A stretch of 64,000 bases of DNA from positions 1-64,000 of IMG/VR virus record IMGVR_UViG_3300049892_000014; one strand, given 5' to 3'. The position numbers and the translations under genes are program-made. Origin of the DNA: a virus (taxonomy: Duplodnaviria > Caudoviricetes). Shown piece after piece: positions 1-9,535 of this stretch. The notes beneath the pieces are model-generated. The model was not told the DNA's origin and searched no databases. It saw only the letters and a program-made list of their open reading frames with translations. The first letter of the stretch is position 1, and each line of letters opens with the position of its first letter.

Positions 1-1
1 T

Positions 2-715
2 CTATGCGCTAACCTAAATAATAACTGGACCAAACCAGATGGCAACAATGCTTTAATCCTGCGTTCTAAGCCAAATTCTGCCGGTAAATATCTGGAACTT
101 AGTTTTACTGAGAACAACGCTACCACTATAAGTCCTTTTTCTACTAATTCCATGAGGCAGACATGTGGCGGTGGGCCTGTCTTAATTAATGCTAATGGGT
201 CAACTATTAATATATTCTATGGAGATGGGTATTGTTATTTAGAATGCGTCGAAACAGGAGATTGGAGCGGTGCGTGGGTGATGGACGTCGAGCCATGCTC
301 CGAACAATTTGGAGTTCCGGTATCAGTTTGTAGCAACTTTAGAAAGAATGCAGCTTTATTAAACATAACCGGAGCGGGTATCAGAATGTTTTCTGGTAGA
401 TATCCTCCAGAAACAGGGGCGTCTTACGCTAGTAATTCCGGCGCTGCTTGGTTATATGGATGTAATACATTCAAAGATGTTATGGGGTCTTATGTATATG
501 CTCCAGTATTAATAGATCCATCAGGAATGACGGGGGCTGGATGGCAAAATACTACATATTCATGGAGTGGTAGAATTCCTCAGATGATGACTGGATATAA
601 GCAAACCGTTGGTACTACCCATAATATACCCCTAGGCGACGGCAATACTGGAAGTTTTCAGGCGCTATATATGACCCAGATTAGTAACAGATGTAATTTT
701 ATGAGGATTGCATAA
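2..715 (+). CDS. Putative tail-appendage/virion protein, paralog A1 (5' truncated by window edge)
   Basis: Frame is open from base 2 (LCANLNNNWTKPDG...). Paralog of 1522-2331; Asn/Gly/Thr-rich, beta-rich composition, in the virion gene region. Confidence 0.55.
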   Translation, partial: LCANLNNNWTKPDGNNALILRSKPNSAGKYLELSFTENNATTISPFSTNSMRQTCGGGPVLINANGSTINIFYGDGYCYLECVETGDWSGAWVMDVEPCSEQFGVPVSVCSNFRKNAALLNITGAGIRMFSGRYPPETGASYASNSGAAWLYGCNTFKDVMGSYVYAPVLIDPSGMTGAGWQNTTYSWSGRIPQMMTGYKQTVGTTHNIPLGDGNTGSFQALYMTQISNRCNFMRIA

Positions 716-1512
716 TGTCAGTACCAACTAGATATAATACAAGTTTTCAGTACGGGGAGTATACATGCAATGCCAATAATGCCTCTGAGATTATTGGATT
801 CTTCAGGGCGCAAGCCTGCAATAATAATACTGATACTTGGGTAGAAAGCACTGCTAATAACTTCACTAGCCCAACTACATATGGGAGACAAGTTACTTTG
901 AAATTCACTCTTCCGGCGGCAGCTGATCTAGCGGTAGATCAAATAGATGCTCAGAATAATAGTTCTGGAGCTGTTAGATTCGCAATATCTACGACCTTAT
1001 CTAGTATAATCAATATTACTACTGGGCCATGTCATTGGGGACTGTATGTACAAACTATGAATACAGCTGTAGCTGCCAAAGAATTTGCACACGGAGGAAT
1101 GGTAGATATATCTCCCTATAATCAAAATGCTTTTTATCCATACTGTTATAGTTCTGGATCTAGGATTAGTGCTAATAATGCAACGGCCAATGCTAATATG
1201 GAAATGATATGTACGGTCTTCGATGGGCGAAGAAAGAGAATATACTCTTATCCAGAACGTAGTCTTATAGATTTCCATCGTGCTTTTTACCCAGTACAAC
1301 CAATGATATATAATGCAGCTGTAGATGGATCGCAGATATATTGGGGTAAAACTTATCAACAGATTAGTATTAATGGAGTGGAATCAGACCAACAAACATA
1401 TACTATACCAATAGCCGACGGTGTCTCTGGTACCTTTAGAGTTGTAGGTAGATTTTCGGGAATGAATGCCCTTGGTGGTGATACTCAGTCGTTACTAGTT
1501 AGAATAGCATAG
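715..1512 (+). CDS. Putative tail-appendage/virion protein, paralog B1
   Basis: Overlapping TAATG coupling; paralog of 2331-3131; shares a C-terminal IPxxDGxxGTF...RIA with the A paralogs. Confidence 0.55.
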   Translation: MSVPTRYNTSFQYGEYTCNANNASEIIGFFRAQACNNNTDTWVESTANNFTSPTTYGRQVTLKFTLPAAADLAVDQIDAQNNSSGAVRFAISTTLSSIINITTGPCHWGLYVQTMNTAVAAKEFAHGGMVDISPYNQNAFYPYCYSSGSRISANNATANANMEMICTVFDGRRKRIYSYPERSLIDFHRAFYPVQPMIYNAAVDGSQIYWGKTYQQISINGVESDQQTYTIPIADGVSGTFRVVGRFSGMNALGGDTQSLLVRIA

Positions 1513-1521
1513 GGGATTTTA

Positions 1522-2331
1522 ATGGCAATACCACAGTTTTTGCAACGTGAATATGGATACTATCAGATGACTGGTGTGACGAATGTTAACACTATCACTC
1601 CGCAGATATATAATCTATGCGCTAACCTAAATAATAACTGGACCAAACCAGATGGCAACAATGCTTTAATCCTGCGTTCTAAGCCAAATTCTGCCGGTAA
1701 ATATCTGGAACTTAGTTTTACTGAGAACAACGCTACCACTCTCTTTATGGACGCTACTAATTGTCTAAGGCAATCTGCCGGTACTGGATGCTTCGTTATT
1801 AATGCTAATGGATCAACTGTTAATATATTCTATGGAGATGGGTATTGTTATTTAGAGACCACTACTGGTACGTTGGAATATACCGGAGCATTTGTCACGG
1901 ATATTGAGCCATGTAATGACCAGTATGGTAAGCCAAGCTCAGTTGTGACTACATATAGAAAAAACGCAGCTATACTAGACGTAACAAATTATGGAACGAA
2001 GCATTTTTTTGGTAGATATCCAATATCCACAGGGGCGACTCTCACTGGTAATGCCAGTGCATCATGGATGTATGGAGCTAATTCTTTTCAGGATATTCAA
2101 GGCGCTTGGCTATATCAACCCGTTTTAGTTCATCCAGGTGGAGCTGGTTCGTCTGGATGGCAGGGTACAGATGACTCTTGGAGTGGTAGACTGCCACAGA
2201 CGGTACAAAGTTATACCCAAACCGCTGGGACGACTTGGGCGGTGCCACTAGGCGATGGTAATACTGGAACATTCCAAGCTCTATATAAAACCCCAATATC
2301 GAACGAGTGCCATTTTATGAGGATTGCATAA
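1522..2331 (+). CDS. Putative tail-appendage/virion protein, paralog A2
   Basis: Full-length paralog of 2-715; AGGGG SD upstream. Confidence 0.55.
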   Translation: MAIPQFLQREYGYYQMTGVTNVNTITPQIYNLCANLNNNWTKPDGNNALILRSKPNSAGKYLELSFTENNATTLFMDATNCLRQSAGTGCFVINANGSTVNIFYGDGYCYLETTTGTLEYTGAFVTDIEPCNDQYGKPSSVVTTYRKNAAILDVTNYGTKHFFGRYPISTGATLTGNASASWMYGANSFQDIQGAWLYQPVLVHPGGAGSSGWQGTDDSWSGRLPQTVQSYTQTAGTTWAVPLGDGNTGTFQALYKTPISNECHFMRIA

Positions 2332-3131
2332 TGTCAGTACCAACTAGATATAATACAAGTTTTCAGTACGGGGAGTATACATGCAATGCCAATAATGCCT
2401 CTGAGATTATTGGATTCTTCAGGGCGCAAGCCTGCAATAATAATACTGATACTTGGGTAGAAAGCACTGCTAATAACTTCACTAGCCCAACTACCGACGG
2501 GAGATATATAACTTTAAAGTTTACCAATCCAGCGGCGGCGGATTTAGGTGTGGATCAAATAGATGCCCAGAATAATAGTGCTGGTGGCCGTAGATTTGCT
2601 ATTTCAACGACAGCCTCATCACGGATAAGTATGACTACTGGGCCATGCCACTGGGGAATATACGTACAAGATCCAGGTGTTACAGCGGCCAATAAAGAAT
2701 TAGTTCACGGAGGAATGGTAGATATATCTCCCTATAATCAAAATGCTTTTTATCCATACTGTTGGATTTCGGGAACTAGAATTCTCAGTAGTAATAGTAG
2801 TACTAATGCTAATATCTCTATGGCGTCATCGTGTATTGACGGGCCTAGGCGAAGATATATGGGAACCCCTCAAATAGCCTTGCAAGATTTTAGCAAACAT
2901 TTTACTCCGGTAGATTTGCTGTACTATAATAATGCAGTACCTGGAGCGTGGCTTTATTGGGGGAGAGCGTATCAACATATGACGATTAACTATATTCGTC
3001 CAGACCAACAAACATATACTATACCAATAGCCGCTGGTGTATATGGTACCTTTAGGGTTGTAGGTAGATTTTATGGTATGGTCGCAGTTGGAGGCGGAGA
3101 CCAGCGTTCTCTGCTAGTTAGGATAGAGTAA
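2331..3131 (+). CDS. Putative tail-appendage/virion protein, paralog B2
   Basis: Start set at 2331 by identity to the B1 start (TAATG overlap). Confidence 0.55.
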   Translation: MSVPTRYNTSFQYGEYTCNANNASEIIGFFRAQACNNNTDTWVESTANNFTSPTTDGRYITLKFTNPAAADLGVDQIDAQNNSAGGRRFAISTTASSRISMTTGPCHWGIYVQDPGVTAANKELVHGGMVDISPYNQNAFYPYCWISGTRILSSNSSTNANISMASSCIDGPRRRYMGTPQIALQDFSKHFTPVDLLYYNNAVPGAWLYWGRAYQHMTINYIRPDQQTYTIPIAAGVYGTFRVVGRFYGMVAVGGGDQRSLLVRIE

Positions 3132-3526
3132 TGAAATTATCTATAGATGCCTTTGGTCCATCGGATGATATAGTTACACCTTTAACTACGCCTACCTTAA
3201 GGGATATAGATGATCTAATCAGTACGTTAAGATTCATATCCTCAGAAGCGCTGCCTTATTATATGCCAAATCGTGGTATGATAAATATGCAACATGCTTC
3301 TACGATATGGGGTTCATTATCTTCCAATGTTCCTATAGATCGAAGAAGTGTTTCTGTAAATAATACTCAATTTGTAGATTCTGATGATTATTTGATTAGC
3401 TCTAGAAGAATGCAACCACTAATACCGATGAGTTATCAGATTACTCCACGGATGGAAATAGGCGAAATTGGAATTCCTATGACACGTCAAATACCAGACA
3501 ATAAAGAGATTATAGATTTAACTTGA
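3131..3526 (+). CDS. Hypothetical protein
   Basis: Translationally coupled ORF (TAATG). Confidence 0.6.
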   Translation: MKLSIDAFGPSDDIVTPLTTPTLRDIDDLISTLRFISSEALPYYMPNRGMINMQHASTIWGSLSSNVPIDRRSVSVNNTQFVDSDDYLISSRRMQPLIPMSYQITPRMEIGEIGIPMTRQIPDNKEIIDLT

Positions 3527-3551
3527 CATACTGGAATGAGTGTGGTATAAG
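3523..3551 (+). promoter_or_regulatory. Sigma70-type promoter TTGACA-N17-TATAAG with extended -10
   Basis: ttgaca 3523-3528, tg-g-tataag ending 3551, upstream of the glycosyltransferase. Confidence 0.75.
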
Positions 3552-3583
3552 GGTAGGATTATTAACTTTAACATTGGAGAGTT

Positions 3584-4282
3584 ATGAGGGATAAGAGTAT
3601 CAAGAAGACAGTATTCACACTCAATATAGATGGTTATTGTCCAGAGGTAACAGAGTTAACCTTTCCATTATTGAAACGGTACGCAAAGAAGATTGGTGCG
3701 GATTTTCATGTGATAGACCAGAGAAAGTTTCCAGATTATCCTCCCGTATACGAGAAGATACAGATCTATCAATTAAGCCAGGAAATGCAGAATGACTGGA
3801 ATATCTATATAGATGCAGACGCTTTAGTTTGTCCGGATACTCCAGACTTTACTACTCTCATAAAGAAAGATACTGTGATGCATAATGGCAGTGACTTTGC
3901 ACCTATTCGATGGAGGTATGATAAATACTTTCTAAGAGATGGCAGGCATATTGGATCGTGTAATTGGCTAGCTGTTGCTAGTGATCTATGCACTGATTTA
4001 TGGCATCCACTAGAAGACTTAACATTTCTAGAGGCGAAGGAGAATATCTTTCCAGTCATTTCAGAGGAACTATCCGGAGTGATGGATTCGTCTCATTTGA
4101 TAGATGACTATGTACTTAGTAGGAATATAGCAAGATACGGATTAAAATTTAAGACGTTTCTTGATGTGCAGAAAGAAAGCATGGGTGGTCCGGCTGGTTG
4201 GTTATGGCATAAATACGCAGTTCCAAATGAAGAAAAGGTGCGAGAGATGAAGGATGTCTTGCGTGGATGGAGGTTAATCTAA
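3584..4282 (+). CDS. GT-A fold glycosyltransferase-like protein
   Basis: YAKKIGADF...YEKIQ...IYIDADALV DxD motif, typical of GT-A nucleotide-diphospho-sugar transferases. Confidence 0.7.
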   Translation: MRDKSIKKTVFTLNIDGYCPEVTELTFPLLKRYAKKIGADFHVIDQRKFPDYPPVYEKIQIYQLSQEMQNDWNIYIDADALVCPDTPDFTTLIKKDTVMHNGSDFAPIRWRYDKYFLRDGRHIGSCNWLAVASDLCTDLWHPLEDLTFLEAKENIFPVISEELSGVMDSSHLIDDYVLSRNIARYGLKFKTFLDVQKESMGGPAGWLWHKYAVPNEEKVREMKDVLRGWRLI

Positions 4283-5244
4283 TGAGATCATTATTAGATA
4301 TGGCTACTATTCAGATTGAGATAACCAATGCATGTGTTAGGACTTGCAGTAATTGCACTAGATTCTGTGGACATCACGAGAAACCATACTTTATGGATTT
4401 GAATACATTCAAGAAGTCAGTTGATAGTATGGATGGATATCCAAGGATGGTAGGAGTCATGGGCGGAGAGCCGCTACTACATCCTGAGTTTGAGTCATTC
4501 TGCTTATACATACAGACTAAGTTTAAACCACATCAATTAGGACTATGGACAGCGTTGCCATCAGGATTCGAGCGTTATAATAAGCTTATCTGTGATACGT
4601 TTGGAAATATCTTCATCAACGATCATAGTCGCAACGATGTGTATCACCATCCAATACTAGTTGGAGCCGATGAGCTTATCACAGATAAAGATGATATGTA
4701 TTACATTATCGACAAGTGCTGGGTTCAGAATTCTTGGAGCGCCTCTATTAATCCAAACGGTGCATTCTTCTGCGAAGTAGCAGCGGCCTGGGCCTTACTA
4801 CTAGGAGACAAGGGATGGGATGTAAAGAGTCGCTGGTGGACCAAGACTCCGAAAGATTTTAAGGATCAAATAGAAAGATTCTGTCATAGATGTGGATGTG
4901 CAATGCCATTACAGAGGCGCAAGTCTATAGACGTTGTCGATGATATTAGTGAGAATAACTTAGATCTATTGAAGGGTATATCTAAGAAGATTAATGATGG
5001 TAAGTATGTATTGCATGATAAGACGCTAACTGATCCACGTGATCAATTTCAAATGGCTTCTTATAAGGAAATGGATTATAGATCTAGTATTGCCAGGAAA
5101 TATGGAATGATATTACTACCAAATGCCCTAGGTAATCTAACTCCTGTAATAGCTTCCGTACCATTACAGAAGACCAGTTTATTCGATCTATATAAGAGCG
5201 GAGAAACCAAGGTTGATCTTAAGAGGGACTTCGTAAATAGTTGA
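4282..5244 (+). CDS. Radical SAM protein
   Basis: ITNACVRTCSNC (CxxxCxxC), GGEPLLHP, extra C-terminal cysteines (CHRCG). Confidence 0.9.
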   Translation: MRSLLDMATIQIEITNACVRTCSNCTRFCGHHEKPYFMDLNTFKKSVDSMDGYPRMVGVMGGEPLLHPEFESFCLYIQTKFKPHQLGLWTALPSGFERYNKLICDTFGNIFINDHSRNDVYHHPILVGADELITDKDDMYYIIDKCWVQNSWSASINPNGAFFCEVAAAWALLLGDKGWDVKSRWWTKTPKDFKDQIERFCHRCGCAMPLQRRKSIDVVDDISENNLDLLKGISKKINDGKYVLHDKTLTDPRDQFQMASYKEMDYRSSIARKYGMILLPNALGNLTPVIASVPLQKTSLFDLYKSGETKVDLKRDFVNS

Positions 5245-5287
5245 CGTTAAAGGGTATAATATAGGTATAACATAAGGAGAAAGTAAT

Positions 5288-5608
5288 ATGGCGTTTAAAG
5301 CGGCTACAGTATCAATCACGGTTTCCGGAATAGCAAAACCACTCAGCTCAACATCTATCAGAGTGAAACAATTATTTGTTCAGGCTATGCCATCTAATGC
5401 TGGCCCAGTTCTTCTTGGAGATAGTACTGTACTATACTCAGGAGTATCTGGTGGACATATCGTCTTAAGCGCTCCGGTATCTGGGGTTCCTGCTGAGCCG
5501 CTACACCTAGTGCCAGATGGAATAGGTCCGATATTAGATCTTAGTGCTGTGTATATCAATTCTGTTAGCGGGTTACCTGGAGTTAATATCTTTTACGAAG
5601 AGTTCTAA
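5288..5608 (+). CDS. Small beta-rich hypothetical (probable virion) protein
   Basis: AAGGAG SD; beta-strand pattern with QAxxxNxGxVxLG. Confidence 0.6.
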   Translation: MAFKAATVSITVSGIAKPLSSTSIRVKQLFVQAMPSNAGPVLLGDSTVLYSGVSGGHIVLSAPVSGVPAEPLHLVPDGIGPILDLSAVYINSVSGLPGVNIFYEEF

Positions 5609-5610
5609 TT

Positions 5611-6381
5611 ATGACTCAGCCGGAATATAAAGATATTCCTGATAATGACTGGACAAGTTTAAGATATTTTGTCAGGAGATCTAATGAAAGATTAGCATTA
5701 CTAGAGGGGTCGGCTGGCCCTAGTATGATACATGCTAATCTTGATATGGATTATAATAGAATACTCAATGGTCCATATAACCAAACCACGGCTGAATCAG
5801 ATGAATTTATTACTAGGCATTTTTTATATACGCCAGAAGCCAATACTCTGATTAATAAAGTTAAATCAGATGCAGAGGAGAACCTACAGGGATCATCCGC
5901 TGGATCTGGTATGCACAGTGTAACTAATATCCAAATCGTCGCTTCAGATGCGGTTGGTTTAGCAAACATTGGCGGGTATATGTATTACTGGAAAGTTCCA
6001 TTAGATGGGACTGTTTCTTTAATGTACCTACATTTTGACGTACATGCTAATATAGATAGCGCCATTCTAACCAGTACATATATGGATATTATATTACCAG
6101 ATAATCATATTATCTATTATCCGTATACCAATCCATACGTTCAACAGATGTCGTGTATTGCGTATCAAGAAGATGCTACATACCCATCGTACTGGGGCAT
6201 AGTAACCATGCAAAATGAAGTAGACTATCTTAGGATTGGCAGGATACAAACTTGGTTCGAGGGTAGCGTTCCGGCATATAATGCTCAAATGATATACCCA
6301 GTAGATTTTGAACCTAATTCTTTACCAGCACTCGCCAGGACGTTTAATCTATCTGGTCAATTAATTATTCCAGTTATATAG
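5611..6381 (+). CDS. Putative tail fibre/receptor-binding protein, paralog 1
   Basis: Conserved N-terminus shared with the next two genes; NLDMDYNRILNGP...DEFIT resembles a tail-fibre stalk motif. Confidence 0.55.
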   Translation: MTQPEYKDIPDNDWTSLRYFVRRSNERLALLEGSAGPSMIHANLDMDYNRILNGPYNQTTAESDEFITRHFLYTPEANTLINKVKSDAEENLQGSSAGSGMHSVTNIQIVASDAVGLANIGGYMYYWKVPLDGTVSLMYLHFDVHANIDSAILTSTYMDIILPDNHIIYYPYTNPYVQQMSCIAYQEDATYPSYWGIVTMQNEVDYLRIGRIQTWFEGSVPAYNAQMIYPVDFEPNSLPALARTFNLSGQLIIPVI

Positions 6382-6387
6382 GATAAT

Positions 6388-7218
6388 ATGCAAACTGAAT
6401 ATAACGACGTGCAAGATGGTAGCTGGGATAGTGTTAAATACGCTATACGTAGATTTAATGAAAGAATGTCTGCTCTAGAAGGACGCTCTGGTCAAATATC
6501 TAAATACAGCGATATCTACATGTCTGGCAATCAAATAATTCATGGTCCTATTAGGCAACTAAATGCTGAGCAGGACGAGTTTATCACTAAGGATTATCTT
6601 AAAACTACAGAAGCCAAAAGCGCATTTCAACCATTTAAAGAATACTCTCCGCAAACCGTAACCAGCGAGCAAATAAACTCCACGCCTAAAGGTCAATATG
6701 AGTGGCCCAGATATGATCCAGATCATTACTGGGAGCCAGCTTATCAGATTGAAATCATATCAGGAAACCCAGACCCAGACTATAGGGTTATTGATACTCA
6801 GTATCGTATCCCATATGTACTATACCCTATACCAGAGTTTGAGGTAACAAGGGTTGCGTTTCCCAGTAGGACATATAGCGAATTCTTCATGATGCATATT
6901 CCTATGTATACATTTTTTACTACCAATAATCAATTAGCCATCCCATATGCTTGGTGGGTATTACCAGAGGCATTAGTTTGTGTTTTACCTGGAGGTGGAA
7001 TAATACGGGCATTGGCAAATGTTAGGGGATACAAGCAGACTGGGCCTACTCCTACTTATCTATTTGCAGAACTGGGTGCTATGGAATTAGAAAATGAATC
7101 TGATAGAATTAAGATGTATCCAACCAGGTATGGAGTACCAGTAGACTTCCCTAGGCCATACTATAATGATATTAGCTGGAATCTATGGTTTCCTGTCGCA
7201 AGATATGTGGTGGGGTAA
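6388..7218 (+). CDS. Putative tail fibre/receptor-binding protein, paralog 2
   Basis: EYND...W...RRFNERMSALEG...GP...DEFITK N-terminal module; divergent C-terminus. Confidence 0.55.
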   Translation: MQTEYNDVQDGSWDSVKYAIRRFNERMSALEGRSGQISKYSDIYMSGNQIIHGPIRQLNAEQDEFITKDYLKTTEAKSAFQPFKEYSPQTVTSEQINSTPKGQYEWPRYDPDHYWEPAYQIEIISGNPDPDYRVIDTQYRIPYVLYPIPEFEVTRVAFPSRTYSEFFMMHIPMYTFFTTNNQLAIPYAWWVLPEALVCVLPGGGIIRALANVRGYKQTGPTPTYLFAELGAMELENESDRIKMYPTRYGVPVDFPRPYYNDISWNLWFPVARYVVG

Positions 7219-7221
7219 TCT

Positions 7222-8097
7222 ATGTCTCAATCTGAATATAGAGATATCAAACCCAATGACTGGATCGCCCTTCGACAGGCAGCTAGAAGATGTAATGAAC
7301 GTCTAGCTAATCTTGAGGGATACTTCGATACTAGTAAACGATATAATACCATGAAAATGAATGACCATAAAATACTCAATGGTCCTCTTCATCAAAAGAT
7401 TGCAGATGGCAATGAATTTATCACTAAGGGCTACTTATCTAGCTATGAGGTGAATAATTTACTAAGAAGTACTAGTCTTGCCGGAACTTCCTCTTCCTCT
7501 TCTGGTGGTAGTGCGAACGTCAAAGAGTTAATCAGAGTACCCTCTTCTGAGGTGCTATTGATGAATGATTACGATGATGTACTACCAGAGCCAACTGGAG
7601 AGTTGGCGTATATGTTAGAGCAATTAGATACTACTGATATGCGCCCTTGGTATGTTGGTCTTTATGGTCCAGACCTATATATGATGACTGTAATGTTTTC
7701 ATTTTTAGGATACTTCCCGCATACTGAGCGGAATCCAAATGCAGTTAACTTCGTTCTGCCTGGCGGGTTTTATAGTCTAAGTGATTTCTATGGACCATGT
7801 GTATGCCAGTCTACATGGACGGAAGAAATGAATGGTACCTATCATACGGTTGAGCCGCAGAAATCTCAACTAGGTATTATGCAAACATATATGGAGTGGC
7901 CACTGTTACGAGTACAACCCATTGCATTAGCTAAAACATGGTCGGGACCAAGCTATCCAACACAGCCTACTTGGTTAGGCTCTAGGGGGGAATGGGCCTG
8001 GTACTGGTTTAATATATATGGGGCAACCTTGGAAAGTCCAGTGTGGTATTATATCTCTGGTCAGTTTTCGGTAATTGTTGGAATTCCAGTACCATAG
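7222..8097 (+). CDS. Putative tail fibre/receptor-binding protein, paralog 3
   Basis: Same N-terminal module, Ser/Gly linker, divergent aromatic-rich C-terminus. Confidence 0.55.
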   Translation: MSQSEYRDIKPNDWIALRQAARRCNERLANLEGYFDTSKRYNTMKMNDHKILNGPLHQKIADGNEFITKGYLSSYEVNNLLRSTSLAGTSSSSSGGSANVKELIRVPSSEVLLMNDYDDVLPEPTGELAYMLEQLDTTDMRPWYVGLYGPDLYMMTVMFSFLGYFPHTERNPNAVNFVLPGGFYSLSDFYGPCVCQSTWTEEMNGTYHTVEPQKSQLGIMQTYMEWPLLRVQPIALAKTWSGPSYPTQPTWLGSRGEWAWYWFNIYGATLESPVWYYISGQFSVIVGIPVP

Positions 8098-8104
8098 GTA
8101 AATT

Positions 8105-8698
8105 ATGAAAGAAGACTTTAAGTATATACGAGAGAATTTTTTATTACTACCATATGCCGTTGGGGTAATCGACTTCAAGGAAGATGTTTTGGTAGATATT
8201 TATAATAAACTAAGGGACGAGGATTTGTATTCGGTAGTCTTCCACGACAACCCGAAGCAAACACTTAATCAATTCATATCATTCTTTTCCTCTCCCTTAG
8301 TGGCTTTATCATTCTTTGTCTACCTAGATAATGGTATTGAAGTACCTGCTGGTATGTGTTGGTTGACAGATATAGTAAGTTCTGATAATGTGATCAAGAA
8401 GGCCCAGGGTAGCTTTGTATTCTTTAAAGAGTTTCAATCTCCCAGATACACGACTCCATTTAGGGAAATTGGGTTAGATTTCTGGTTTAATAGGCTGAAT
8501 GTTGATATAGTAACTGGCCTAACCCCATCAGACAATAGACCAGCTTTAATATTCAATAAACGGGCTGGTTTTAAGGAGATAGGTAGGATACCAAACTTTA
8601 CTCTATTATTTGGTAAACCTTGCCATGGTGTGGTAACATATCTAGATAAGGTAACATTTAACAGAAGTCAGGAGAGTCCGTATGGGATCGGGGAATAA
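8105..8698 (+). CDS. GNAT-fold acetyltransferase-like protein (podovirus pre-ejection-gene position)
   Basis: C-terminal NRPALIFNKRAGFKEIGRIP GNAT motif; lies just before Gly/Ala-rich ejection-type genes. Confidence 0.7.
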   Translation: MKEDFKYIRENFLLLPYAVGVIDFKEDVLVDIYNKLRDEDLYSVVFHDNPKQTLNQFISFFSSPLVALSFFVYLDNGIEVPAGMCWLTDIVSSDNVIKKAQGSFVFFKEFQSPRYTTPFREIGLDFWFNRLNVDIVTGLTPSDNRPALIFNKRAGFKEIGRIPNFTLLFGKPCHGVVTYLDKVTFNRSQESPYGIGE

Positions 8699-8984
8699 GG
8701 GACAGTCGCCTACAGCGCCATTAAGTACTGGAACAGCGGATATATCCCAGTTAAATCAAAAGACTCAAGGTAATAACTCCGCATGGCGAGCGCCTGCTAC
8801 CCTATCTGGTTCCGGTCCACTTGGGTCTCTCGTAGCGAAGGGCATGGAAGCTGCTAAGGGTAATAGCAATGGGAAGGCCGGTATGGGAGCTTTGTCTGGT
8901 GGTAGTCCGGTGCAAAACGTGTTGTCTCAAGGACTACAATCGGCCAAATCTAGCAATAAAGGAAAAGCTGGATTAGGAGTATAA
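8682..8984 (+). CDS. Gly/Ser/Ala-rich putative internal virion (ejection) protein
   Basis: Low-complexity composition and position after the GNAT gene. Confidence 0.45.
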   Translation: MGSGNKGQSPTAPLSTGTADISQLNQKTQGNNSAWRAPATLSGSGPLGSLVAKGMEAAKGNSNGKAGMGALSGGSPVQNVLSQGLQSAKSSNKGKAGLGV

Positions 8985-9030
8985 TAACTGTAAGGTTTTG
9001 CCGGTAATCTTTACCGACAGGAGAAATAAT

Positions 9031-9519
9031 ATGGGCAAGGGTAATAGCGCAAGCGACAAGGCACAGGATATGATGGGACAGGCATTCAAAGAGATGTCCA
9101 CTTTGAATAAGACCATGCAGACTGAAGCCGCTCCATGGCGGCAGGCTGCTGGTGGAGCATATATGGATGCCCTTAAGAACCCAGCGGCATTTGTAGCTCC
9201 TGGATTAAACGACCTTCGTAGAGGTACCTCCACTGGTCAGCGTAGCGTAGAGCAGATGCAACCAGGAGGAGCCAGGGATCGTGCTGGGAGAGAATTGCAG
9301 ATGAATCAACTAAACCAGGGCGCTACTATGCTTAATCAGGGTAAAGCATCTGCTGCTCAGGCTTTAGGAAATCTTGGGATCGGTGGAACGCAGACTGGAA
9401 TTAGCGCAATGGGACAAGCTAATACAGCTGCTGGTAATTTAGGTCAAATGGGGGCGGCTCAGTCGCAATCAAAAGCATCTGGAGCTGCTGGCTTTGGATC
9501 GTTACTGGGTGGCTTGTAA
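9031..9519 (+). CDS. Putative DNA ejection/pilot protein
   Basis: Gly/Ala/Gln/Met-rich with hydrophobic GFGSLLGGL C-terminus; AGGAG SD before ATG 9031. Confidence 0.55.
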   Translation: MGKGNSASDKAQDMMGQAFKEMSTLNKTMQTEAAPWRQAAGGAYMDALKNPAAFVAPGLNDLRRGTSTGQRSVEQMQPGGARDRAGRELQMNQLNQGATMLNQGKASAAQALGNLGIGGTQTGISAMGQANTAAGNLGQMGAAQSQSKASGAAGFGSLLGGL

Positions 9520-9535
9520 TTAATTTGGGGGTAGA

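Larger units (their letters stand above)
1..3131 (+). repeat. Tandem duplication of a two-gene cassette (period ~1613-1616 nt) with nucleotide-identical blocks
   Basis: 1-127 = 1614-1740; 696-878 = 2312-2494; 1090-1147 = 2706-2763. Sequence between the blocks is diverged. Confidence 0.92.

Noticed and set aside
1-3131. Diversity-generating retroelement TR/VR pair
   Set aside because: Differences between copies involve all four bases, both copies are intact genes, and no reverse transcriptase is in the window.
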